DNA from: Dictyostelium discoideum | Lineage: Eukaryota | Reading direction: 5' to 3' | NCBI GenBank assembly: GCA_000004695.1 | Contig: CM000153.2 | Location: 1,472,001-1,536,000, forward strand | DNA: 64,000 nt | Part shown: positions 1-14,935 of the stretch, in pieces | How positions within the stretch are numbered: position 1 is the first letter of the stretch | Layout of the letters: every line of letters starts with the position of its first letter | Notes under the pieces: model-generated | The model's database searches: none | The model's input: only the letters and a program-made list of their open reading frames with translations | Told to the model about the DNA's origin: nothing | Made by a program: the position numbers and the translations under genes

Positions 1-174
1 GCTATTCAAAAAGTACACAGTCCTTAATTAATGATTATTTTAGAGAAGAAGAAGATGGTGCAACCATATCAAGTCAACATAGAAAAGAATTAGAATCTTC
101 ATTTGGTCATAAAACCATGTATGTACTAATAAAATAAAAATAAAATTTAAATAAAATAAAATTATTAATAATTG

Positions 175-216
<42 letters not shown>

Positions 217-1605
217 GGATTTTTTGGTGGTATAAGTTTATTAATTGGAAATATGACAGGACCTGGTATGGTTGGAATTGCATTAGTATTTCAAGAAGGT
301 GGTTGGGTATTAACATTGGGAGGATTTTTAGTAATTATGATAACGAGTACATTGGCAGGATTATTTATGATAGAGTCAATGGCATCAATACCTGGGAATC
401 CAAGATTTCAGCTACGTGTAGAGTTTACAATGCTTTGCAGATTTTATTTTGGAAAAGTTGGATATATTATAGCGCAAATATTTATAAATGTAGCATTACA
501 AGCGACAAATATAGCATCAATCATCGTTTGTGCACAAGTTATGGATAATACGGTGGATGCAATTTTTAAGAAAACATGTGGCCTTCAGGCATACCCAACC
601 ATTGAGTGGATATGTGTCAGTGGGGCATCGTCGGATTCATCTCCGTTTCCGGGGTATATGTTTTTTACAATTGGTTATTTAATTGTGTTGGTGATTATTA
701 TACCATTGGGATTTTTAAATTTAGATGATAATATCATCGTACAAGTGTTTGCTGTGATTTTAATGTTTACCCTTACTTCAAGTTGGGTGATATCGTTTAT
801 GATTAATGGTTTATCAGCTGATAATTTACCTTCGTTTGGCAGTGGGACGGGTATAGCACAGATTATGGGCAATGTTATGTTTAACTATGCCTATATCACC
901 ACACTACCATCGTGGGTGAACGAGTCGAAGCCAACGGTTAATATTAGAAAAGCGGTTTGGCTATCTGCCTCTGCTTCTACCGCTGTGTTTGTTGCAACTG
1001 GGATTTTCGGTGCTTTAGCGTTTGCACATATGCCATCATCCTCTGATATTCTCAGTGTTATCAATTCACATCATGGTAATATTTTGACTAGAATCTCAGT
1101 TTACGTATTCCCATTTGTTGTATTGGCAAGCTCAATTCCAGTATATAGTATCGTTGTGAGATACAATCTAATGCAAAATGGACTATTACCAAAATGGATT
1201 GCAAATGGTGTCGCTGTATTATTACCTTGGTTAGTGGTTATTCCATTCATGACTGGTGATGGTTTAAATTACATCTCAAATTATTCAAGTATTTTCTTTA
1301 GTTCAATTGCAAACTTTATAATACCTCTATTAATCTATTTGAAATCGATTCAATTTAGAAGAGGTCATAGAAAAATGACCCCAGAACAACAACAAATCCT
1401 TAAAACTTTAGTTGCCGAAACTATCGATTGGGAAGAGAATCATCATAAATTCACCTATTATGCTGAACATCATTCAATGTTTAAAGTTTTTGAAAAACTA
1501 AAAAGAATTCAATCTGCTAAAATTTCATTAACATGTTTAATAATTTTAGGAATTTTAATACCATTAGTAATTGTTACAACTTTTGTTTTTCCAAATTCTA
1601 ATTAA
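1..1605 (+). CDS. Transmembrane amino-acid transporter family protein (Aa_trans-like), 5'-partial; exons 1..118 and 216..1605 (intron 119..215, GTATGT..AG)
   Basis: The frame is open from window position 1 in frame 3 (..EEEDGATISSQHRKELESSFGHKT) and ends at a GTATGT donor at 119. The acceptor AG at 214-215 restores the frame of ORF 172..1605 (SGFFGGISLLIGNMTGPGMVGIALVFQEGGW..). The downstream product has about 10-11 predicted TM helices typical of AAAP/SLC38-like permeases. The MKKKKK start of the listed ORF is an artefact of the intronic poly-A. Confidence 0.6.
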
Positions 1606-1937
1606 AAACTAAAAAAAACTAAAAAAAAAAACTAAAAAAAAAAAAAAAACTAAAATCAACTTTTAAAAATATTTATATCAATATAATATTTTAATCGAAA
1701 TTAATAAATATAATAAATTATTTTTTTATTTAAGTAAATTAAAAAAAAACTAAAAACTAAAAATAAAACAAACTAAAAAAAAAAAATCTCATCGTTATTT
1801 TCGTTTTTTTCTTTAAATTTCGAATTTTTTGCATTTTTATTTTTTATTATTTTTATTTTATTTTTTTTTTTTTTTTTCATAAATAAAAAAACTATTCACC
1901 TTTTGTAAATAAAAAAAAAAAAAAAAAAATAAAAATA

Positions 1938-2783
1938 ATGAAAACAGAACATACAAGAAATGATGGTAGATGTGAAAATAGTATTAGACCTGTTGAATCA
2001 GAACAAGGATCATTAAATAAAGCAGATGGTTCTGCAAAATTTTCACAAGGTACATTTATCTTATATATATATATATATATATGTTAATATATTTATACAT
2101 CCCCCCTCCTCTCTATCAATATTTTATTTATTAATATTTTTTTTTTTTTTTAAAAAAAAATAATAATCTATAAATTAATAGATAAATCAAAAGTATTAGC
2201 AGCAGTTTATGGACCTATTGAGGTTAATAGTGCAAGAAAAGAGAAAATATTAAAATCATATGTTGAAGTTACATTTACACCAGCATTTGGAAATACAAAT
2301 TATATAGATAAAGAAAAAGAATTATTAATAAAGAATGCAGTTGAATCAATGATATTAACAACATTATACCCAAGAACACAAATTTCAGTGATTTTACAAG
2401 TATTTTCAGATGATGGATCTATAGTTAGTTGTGCAATAAATGCAGCATGTTTAGCATTATTAGATGCTGGTATTGAAATGAATGGTTTATTAGGTTCAGT
2501 TACACTTTGTTTTAATAATGATGGTTCAATTTATGTAGATCCTTCAACTGAAGAAGAGAATCAATCAAAAGCAATTGCAATCTACTCTTTCTCAAGTATA
2601 AATAAAAATATTGTCTTATCAAAAACTATTGGTACATTAACAGAGGATCAATATTTCAAAGGTTTAGACAAAGCAAGTGAATCATGTGATCTCATAATAT
2701 CATTTATAAAATTAGCTGTTAAAAATAGAATTATGGGTACAAATTATAATGAAAATGAAAATCAAAATCAAAATGAAAATTGA
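1938..2783 (+). CDS. Exosome complex RNase PH-like subunit (Rrp46/EXOSC5-like or Rrp41-like); exons 1938..2049, 2182..2783
   Basis: Exon 1 reads MKTEHTRNDGRCENSIRPVESEQGSLNKADGSAKFSQG, the RNase PH N-terminal motif (DGR..R.....G.l..adGSa....G). A GTACAT donor at 2050 is followed by an AT-rich intron containing a CCCCCCTCC tract, and an acceptor at 2181. Exon 2 reads DKSKVLAAVYGPIEV...ISVILQVFSDDGSIVSCAINAACLALLDAGIEM.., an RNase PH domain 2 fold. The product is about 238 aa. Confidence 0.7.
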
Positions 2784-2814
2784 AAAAAATAAATTTTTAA
2801 AAATTTATATTTAT

Positions 2815-4375
2815 TTATTTTTTTTTATTTTTTGATGATGATTGTGATGATTTATTTTCTTCATTTAATAATTGTTCATATTTATCATTAACTTCTTTTG
2901 CTTCATCTTTTCTATTTAATGCTTCTAAAGCTTGAGCTTTTCTAAGATAACCTTTTGGCCATTTTGGTGCGAATTCAATTGATTTCTCAGCATCTTTGAG
3001 TGCTTCTTCATAGTTTTTAAGATTGAATTGACATGCTGATTTATTACTATAGAGAGTATGAGCGATTAATTGATCTTTTGGTACATTTTCATTTAAGACA
3101 TCTTCGACATCGATTGCTAATTGATACCAATGAAGTGCAATTTCATAATCATGTTTATAGAATGCTTTATTACCATTGTTTTTCAATGCTTCTGGTGATG
3201 CTCTTTCATCGGCTCCACCAGATTTACCACCTTTACTCTTTTGTGCAGATTCTTTTGCTTTTTTAAATGATTCTGCATCCAATGTTAAATTTGACATTAA
3301 ATCTTCCAATTGTTTATTCTTTTTTTGTTTTGCCATAAGTAATGGTGTTAAACCATCACTATCCATCTTTAAAATTGCACCTTTTTCAATTAAACTCTTA
3401 CAAATTTCAATATCTTCTGCGTCAGTTGCAATATGTAATGGTGTTGTGCCATCATTTGCTGTAACATTTACATCTGATCCTAATTTAATTAATTCTAATG
3501 CTAATGATCTATTACCATATGCTATATTAAAAAATTATATTAATATATTTTTTTTTTTTTTTTTCCTACCCCAATATTTAAAAATATAAATTTAAATAAA
3601 TACCAATTGCAATATGTAATGGTGTCATATTATTAATATCTCTTGTATTTAAAAGTAATGGTTCACATTTAACTAATTCATTAATGATTTCTAAATCTCT
3701 TAAACCACAAGCAGCATGTAATACACTTCCAGATTCAGATTTTTCAACAGAAATCTTTGGTTTCTTTTCAAGTAATAATTTAATGATCTTTTTTTCATTA
3801 CTTAATACTGCCAATTGAAGTGGTGTATATCCTTCCTTACTAACTGTATTAATTTCACATCCTAAATTAATTAATTTCATTGCCATAACAACATTACCAA
3901 CTTTAATTGCTTTCATTAATGGTGAATATCCTTCCTTTATTATTATCATTTATTTATTATTATTTATTAAAAAAATGTTAAAATGTTAAAATTTTTATAT
4001 ATATATATATATATAAATAAATATATATATTGGTATATATATATATATATATAAAATAAATAGTATTTAAAATCTTACAAAATCAACAATATTAATATTA
4101 GCATTATATGAAACTAATAAATCAAATAATGATTCATAATTATGATAAGCGGTATAAAGTACAGCAGTTCTTTTGGCAGCATCATGTGAATTTAAAAGTT
4201 TATCACATTTTTCTTTGTCTTCTAAAGTTTCTCTAATTTTATTGATACGATTATTTACAACATCTTGTAAAAACTCTTCGATATCAGCATCAATTTTGGT
4301 TTTTTTTAATTTACCAGATTTAATTAATTCTTCAATATCTCTACTTTGTTCTTTATTTAATTTACTATTAATCAT
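2815..4375 (-). CDS. Ankyrin-repeat plus TPR-repeat protein; exons (minus strand) 4375..4079, 3934..3604, 3521..2815
   Basis: Three listed minus ORFs (4067-4375, 3578-3949, 2815-3366) join in frame. The first junction is ..ANINIVDF|GTAAGA...AG|EGYSPLMKAIKVG.., which runs through ankyrin repeats (TPLQLAV, TPLHIAIG). The second is a GTATTT donor at 3603 and an acceptor at 3522, giving AYGNRSLALELIKLGSDVNVTANDGTTPLHIATDAEDIEICKSLIEKGAILKMDSDGLTPLLMAKQ.. The gene continues into TPR-like repeats (NKAFYKHDYEIALHWYQLAI.., YEEALKDAEKSIEFAPKWPKGYLRKAQALEALNRKDEA). Confidence 0.7.
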
Positions 4376-4825
4376 CTTTTTTTTTTTTTTTTTAAATTAA
4401 TTATTTAATTAATTATTTTATATCTGATGAGAAAAACGAAAGATTCCTAAAAATAAAAATAAAAAAAATTAAAAATTTTTGGTGAAAACGAAAAAAAAAA
4501 ATAAAAAAATAAAAATTAAAAAAAAAAAAAAAAATAAAAATAAAAAAACCCAATTTCAATAATTTCTCAGAGAAATTCCATAATTTAATTATTTGTTTTT
4601 TTATTATTTTCTCAGGTTTATTTTCTATCGATATATTGGAAATCATCATTGAGTTTTTTATTCTTAGATTTTTAATATACAATAATAATTTTTTAACATT
4701 ATAATTTATATCAATATCACCAACCTTAAATAATCCTCACAAAAAATAAAAATTAAAATAATAATAAAAATGAAATAAAAAAACATTAAATAAAAAAAAA
4801 AAAGAAAAACTTAAAAAACACTCTT

Positions 4826-4857
4826 GACTTGTTTTTTATAAACCAGAACCAAAAGTA

Positions 4858-4894
<37 letters not shown>

Positions 4895-5125
4895 TATGAT
4901 GTTTAAACTGGGTCTGTGAACAATTAAGATTTGATAAACACCATTAGAAAAAAATTTCAATTTCAATAGTGTTTATCAAATCTTGATTGTTCACAGACTC
5001 AGTTTAAACATTATTGAAATTGAAATTTTTTGCAAACAAACTTGGTTTAAATATTACACTTAAAACAAAAAAAAAATAAAATAAAATGTCCTTTGACTGG
5101 TTCTGGTTTATAAACCAAACTAAAA
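4826..5125. repeat. Nested inverted-repeat / foldback (MITE-like) element
   Basis: Inner arms of 42 bp at 4900-4941 and 4969-5010 are reverse complements with about 2 mismatches. The 27-bp spacer (4942-4968) is itself repeated inverted at 5011-5033. The outer arms share an inverted 17-mer, tttataaaccagaacca at 4837-4853 and tggttctggtttataaa at 5098-5114. A T32 run lies between the outer and inner arms. Confidence 0.6.
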
Positions 5126-6032
5126 AACTTTTAACCTATATGATAATAAAAAAAAAAAAAAAAGAAAAAAAAAAAAAGTATTTACAAAAAAAAAAGAAAA
5201 AAAAAAAATTAAAAAAAAAAAAAAAAAAAAAAAAATTAAAATATGTTTAAATTGGTGTGAAAACATTTAAATTTAAATAAAATAAAATAAAATAAACTTT
5301 TTAGTAAATTAATGTTTCAACTCGTTAATAAAATATTAAATTTTAATTTTTCCATTTACAGAATATTCTTTATAAAATTTAATGAAAAAAAAAAAAAAAA
5401 AAAGTCAAATTATCTTTTTTTATTTTTTATTTTTTTTATTCATAGCTATAATAATAATAAAAAGTAATATTTTTTAATGTGAATAGTAATAATATAAATG
5501 TGAATAATAATAATTATAATAATAGTAAACTTGTTTTTAAAAATAAAAAAAAAAGGAAAAAAAAAAAAAAGGAAAAAATAAAAAAAAAAAAATATAAATA
5601 TAAAAAATTATAAATAGTTGAGAGGGTCATTATTGAATTCAAATACCACAGAAAGATTTTATTTAAAGATATTTAATTGAATTTGTTATTTTAAATTTTC
5701 ATTAGTATTTACATATGACACAACCAAAAATAACGGTTATTTTACCCCCTTTTCAATCGATATTATAGAAAAAACAGAATAATTAATTTTTGACTATTTT
5801 TAGAAAAAAAAAAAAAAAATTAAAAAAAAAAAACAAAATAAAAAATTAATTTTATTTTTTTTATTTAAATTGTTTTTTTTTTTTTTTTATATTAAAAAAT
5901 TAAACAAAACAAAAAAAAAAAAAATAAATTGATTTTTCAAATAATAATAATACCACACCCAAACACACTATTAAATTAGTAAAAAGAAAAAAATTAAAAT
6001 AAAATTAAATAAATAAAATAAAATAAATAAAT

Positions 6033-6404
6033 ATGGAACATCTTTGTAGAATTAACTGGAAAGAAATTAAAAATAGAAAAGAATTAGAAAAGGAAATTAT
6101 TGATTGGTGTGATAAAAATTATAGTGACATTAATGAATTAAAAAGAGTTGATGTTTTAACTTTAATAGAAACACATAATTTATTAGACAATAGTAAATTA
6201 TCATATGACCAAGAATCCGGATTCAGTAAGATTGAAATAACAATTGATGCAAGAGTGTTTTATGGAATTAAATCAAAATGGAATTTAACTTTTAATTTCC
6301 CAGAATTTGGTGAACATTGTATTTCATTACTTATTTCAAGATATTATGGAGAAATTAGAAAAGAAGATTTCTATAATTATACTCATGATATTACAATTGC
6401 TTAA
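6033..6404 (+). CDS. Hypothetical small protein (123 aa), single exon
   Basis: This is a clean ORF with Dictyostelium-like codon usage and no simple-repeat content (MEHLCRINWKEIKNRKELEKEIIDWCDKNYSDINELKRVDVLTL..). I do not recognise a domain, and coding status is not proven. Confidence 0.35.
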   Translation: MEHLCRINWKEIKNRKELEKEIIDWCDKNYSDINELKRVDVLTLIETHNLLDNSKLSYDQESGFSKIEITIDARVFYGIKSKWNLTFNFPEFGEHCISLLISRYYGEIRKEDFYNYTHDITIA

Positions 6405-6817
6405 ATTATAAAATAAATAATATTACCAAAATGGATAATAACTAGAATTCATAATAAAAAATAAAAAAATAAAAAAAAAAAGAAAAAAATTAATTCTATA
6501 AATATATATTTTAAAATAAATAATTAAATTTTTATTATAAATTTATTTTATTTTATTTTATTTTATTTTATTCTATTTTTCTTTTTTTTTTTTTTTTTTG
6601 TTTATAAACAATATATTAAATTGGTTTGCACACAAATAAAAATGGATTCTTTTTTTATTTTTATTTTTTATTTTTCAAAAATCTTTGGCATTAATATTTT
6701 TTTTTTTAATTTTTTTTTTTTAGTTTTTTCATTGTTTTGTAAATTTTTTTTTTATTTTCTTTTTTTTTATTTTTTTTTTATTTTTTAATTTTTATTTTTA
6801 AAAATTATCATTTAATA

Positions 6818-10847
<4,030 letters not shown>

Positions 10848-11629
10848 TATTTTTTAAATAATTAAATTAAAAAAAAGATAAAATAAAAAATAATAAAACA
10901 ATTAAAAAAAAAATTTAAAGATAAATTAAAAATAATCTTTATTTATTTATTTAAATATAATATTAAATATTTATTGGTGGGAATTAGTTGTTTTTTTTTT
11001 TTTTTTTTTATCAATAATAATGATAATAATAAAAAAAACTAATAGAAAAATAGAATATCCATTTTTAGGTTCATTAGTTTGATTTTCATACCAATAATAT
11101 TTTTTATAAAATTAAAAAAAAAAAAAAAAAAAATGATAGTACATGTATATATCACTCTAAAAGTAATGATAGAGTGTGTGTGTATATCAATAATAAAAAT
11201 AATAATAAAAATAATATTATAAATTGGAAATATTTGGTAGGTGGTTAAAATAATGGGTTGTAGGTGTGGTTGTTTTTTTTTTATATTACTATTTTTTTTT
11301 TTTTTCAGGTGTTTTTATTTAAATTGAATTCAATCACGTTAACATTCTCTGGCTAATATAATTACAAAGAAAACAAATTATACTATTAAAGAAAAGTGCC
11401 TTTTAAAATTTTAAAAATTATTTAAGATAAAAAAAAAAAAAATAAAAAAAAAAAAAAAAAAATACAAGCCTCTATAAATAGCCATGAAATTAGGGGTATA
11501 ATAACCCCAAATGGTTTTTTAATGTACAGTGCTAATTTAACATAAAAATATGCTTGTATGTCTTATAAGTAGTGTAATATATATTGGAAAAAAAATAAAT
11601 AAATAAATAATTAAATTATTAATTTTTTG

Positions 11630-11662
<33 letters not shown>

Positions 11663-11792
11663 AAAATTAAAATTAAAAACCAAATTCAACAAATTTAACA
11701 AAACAACAACAACAACAACAAAAAAAAAAAAAAAAAAACTAACAACAACAACAACTATTACACTAGTTCACAAAAAATTTTATTGATTAAAA

Positions 11793-12774
11793 ATGCTTTT
11801 CCATAAAACCTATGAACAAAGTTATTTCATTGCTTTATATGCTCATTTTAAAATTGGTGAATTTTATGATATTCACATTGATGGAAACAAAACTCCAATT
11901 CCATTCGTTTCCGAAAATGATTCGATGATGTTAAATCATTCTAGATTTTGTAGTAAGTATTTTTTATTTATTTAATTTTTTTATTTTTTTTTTTATTTTT
12001 TTTTTTTTTTTATTTTTTATAAAAAAAATTATCTAAACAATTTTATATATTTTTTTTTTATATTTTAATTTAAAAAAAAAAAAAAAAGATGGAAGTCTTG
12101 AATTTGTATTATTACATGGAAAGGTTAGAAGAAGAAGAAGTGAAAATGGCTTTTGGAGACAAAGTGGCCCATATTGTGATTATAATTATGGTAAATCATT
12201 TTTTGGAATGGGTAAAAGATGTTTTTCTTTCCAAAGTGATTTGATAAAAGGTAGAAAAATGTGGGAATATTCATTGTATTTCAGAGAATCCGATGGAACA
12301 AATGTAAAAGGATATAAAATAATTCTTAGACATTATTTATCCGGTATTAATAATAGAGATGAAGATATCATTCAAAGATTAAATCCAATTAGTATGTACA
12401 TTTCAATAAAACCAAAATCGAATTCATCAATTAGTCCATATATTTTAAAAGAATCTGATTTCATTAGAAATATTGAAGACATGTCAGATTATTTATATCA
12501 ATTTAAATTTTTAGAAAAAATTATTCATTCATCTCTAATTTATAATATCAATGATACAAATGAACTAAATGAATCAAATGAAAAAATATTATCAAAAAGA
12601 AATTGTCCGTTCTCTGATGAAACTTTAAAAACAAATAAAACAATTGAAAATGAATTAAATCAAAACAAAACTGATGATGATGATGATAATAATAATAATA
12701 ATAATGATGATAATGATGATAACTATAATAACAATAATTATAAAAATAACCCAAATAAAAAACAATGTTGCTGA
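11793..12774 (+). CDS. Hypothetical protein, paralogue A of a tandem pair; exons 11793..11952, 12089..12774
   Basis: Exon 1 is MLFHKTYEQSYFIALYAHFKIGEFYDIHIDGNKTPIPFVSENDSMMLNHSRFC with a GTAAGT donor at 11953. An acceptor at 12088 gives NGSLEFVLLHGKVRRRRSENGFWRQSGPYCDY...RKMWEYSLYF..ILRHYLSG.., in frame with ORF 12208-12774. The C-terminus is D/N-rich. Confidence 0.55.
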
Positions 12775-13716
12775 TAATTAAATAAAAATAATGATTAAAA
12801 CAAAAAATCAAATTAATAAATAATCAAAAAAAAAAAAATAGTAATAAATTAAATAAATAAATAAAACTTGTAAATATTTTAATAGATATATTTGGAGAGC
12901 CAAAATCTATATTTTTTAATTTATTATTATTAATTTATTGTTAAAAAAATATATTAATTATTTTATTATTAATGTTATTTTTTTGGTTAACCAAAAAATA
13001 TTAAATTAACCACCCAAAAAAAAAGTTTGTTTTTTTTTTTTTTTTTTTTTTTTTTGGTGGTAATTTGTTTTTCAAAATATTTGTTACAAATAAGCTTGTG
13101 TCTTTTCGAATTTTGAAAAGCAATAGGGGTGAGTGGGGGTAAGAGTGAGTGAATAAAATGTATGGTAATATTTTCAACAATAAAATAAAAATAAATTTAT
13201 TTCTAAAGTATATTAGAACATCACATCTCTTACATTTTTTTTTACAATGGATTTTTTTTTTTTTTTTACAAAAAAAAAATAATAATAAAAAAAAAACAAA
13301 ATCATGTGTTTTCATTCACTACCACTTGTGGGATTTAAATTTTGGTTACAAAAATAGAAGCAAAAAAAGGTTATCTTTATTATATATAAAAAAGTAATAA
13401 AATAAAAAAAAAAACTAAACAAATTGGAAATATTCATTGTTTTTTTTTTTTTTTCCCTTTGTTTTTTTTTTTTTTTTTTTTTTAATTTTTTTTTTTTTTT
13501 TTTTTTTGTATAAAAAAATAATTTTGTTTAATTAATTTTATTTTTTATTTTTTATTTTTTATTTTTTGTGTGCTTTTATTTTGTGTGCTTTTTTATTATT
13601 TGTTAACGTATATCTCAAAATTCACACATCCACCAATAAAATTGTTCCAAAAATATATTTTTATAATTTTTTTTTTTTTTTTTTTTTTTTTTCTTTTCAA
13701 CTGTCAATAATAAATT

Positions 13717-14237
13717 ATGTTGGATTATAGATCTTATGATATTAAATATATTTTATTAGTATATTGTCATTTTAGATTAAGTCAATACTTTGACATTTAT
13801 TTAAATGATGAACTAATAAATATTGTTTCGGAAGAGGATTCCTTGGAAAATTTTTCAAGTAATTTAAAAAAATTTAAAATAAAAAAAAAAAATAAAAAAA
13901 TAAAAATAATATTTTACTAATAAAAAAAAAAAAAAAAATTAATTTAATATAAAATAGGTGGAAAAGTTGAATTTGTATTTGTTGAAAATAAAATAAGAAA
14001 AAGAAAACTTCCAAAGAATACTGGTTATTGGAAACAAAATGGTACTGAAACATCTGTCCAATGTTCTAATTTACCAGAAAATATTGTTGGAACCAAAAGA
14101 ACTTTAACTTTAACAAATAATCAAGATGATAAAAGATTTAAAGTAATTTTTTATTTAAATTTTTTATTTAAATTTTTTATTTATTTTATAAAATATTTCT
14201 AATTTTTTTTATTATTATTTTAATAATTAAATAAACT

Positions 14238-14269
<32 letters not shown>

Positions 14270-14628
14270 CAATTTTAAAATAATAGCTCTGGGAATATTG
14301 TCTTCTTACTCAAAATAATCAAATGGGATATTGTGTTTTAATTCGTCATTATTTACGTGATCAAGATACTAGTAAAGTTCAAACTCAAAGATACATTTCT
14401 GGGAATGTTAAAGTTAGTATCAGACCAAATCAAAATAACCTTTATTTCAACAAATGTAATTTTGTTATCGACGAAAAGGATTTTGAAGTTATTGACTCAA
14501 TTCATTACTTTTTAAAAGTTAATAATTTTTCATTTGATGATGTTTATTTCTATGATAATTCATATCAAAATGAATCAAATAATAATAATAACAATAATAA
14601 TAATAATAATAATGGTATTATTGTAATA

Positions 14629-14699
<71 letters not shown>

Positions 14700-14784
14700 T
14701 AATAATAATAATAAAAACAATAGAAATAATAGAAATAATAATAGTAATAATATAAATCAATTAATTTGTATAAATAATGAATAA
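13717..14784 (+). CDS. Hypothetical protein, paralogue B of a tandem pair; exons 13717..13858, 13958..14142, 14287..14784
   Basis: Exon 1 is MLDYRSYDIKYILLVYCHFRLSQYFDIYLNDELINIVSEEDSLENFS with a GTAATT donor. Exon 2 is SGKVEFVFVENKIRKRKLPKNTGYWKQNGTETSVQCSN...DDKRFK with a GTAATT donor. Exon 3 is LWEYCLLTQNNQMGYCVLIRHYLRDQD.., equal to ORF 14323-14784. It aligns block-for-block with gene A (G.vEFV...K.R.R....G.W.Q.G, WEY, (I/L)(L/I)RHYL) and has a long poly-N tail. Confidence 0.55.
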
Positions 14785-14935
14785 ATAAGGTTTTATTGGA
14801 TGTTTTTTGTTTTTTTAGAAAAAAAAAAAAAAATACTTGCATTTTTCTTTTAATTCTTTTTTTTTTTTTAACTGCTACTAGTATTTATTTGTTTTTTTTT
14901 TTTTTTTTTTTTAATTATAAAAAAAAAAAAAAAAA

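Noticed and set aside
107-316. Minus-strand ORF and the MKKKKKK.. start of ORF 172..1605
   Set aside because: These are translations of the A34 homopolymer that lies inside the first intron of the transporter gene (119-215). The real exon 2 begins at 216.
303-548. Alternative-frame ORF inside the transporter exon
   Set aside because: It overlaps a strongly supported TM-protein frame and has no independent signal.
3033-3589. Plus-strand ORFs 3033-3266 and 3176-3589
   Set aside because: They are antisense to the well-supported ANK/TPR exon, and their compositionally biased products (poly-L/H/Y) have no domain.
12990-13400. ORFs 13001-13315 (minus) and 13149-13397 (plus)
   Set aside because: These are poly-K/F readings of A/T homopolymers, with no coherent domain and no splice-compatible context.
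14575-14842. Minus-strand ORFs made of poly-I/poly-Y
   Set aside because: These are reverse-frame readings of the (AAT)n poly-Asn tail of paralogue B. The same applies to ORFs 39045-39260, 41107-41346, 44306-44527, 44954-45157 and 47367-47636 inside the His-kinase gene, 18117-18664, 27014-27262 and 28579-29013.
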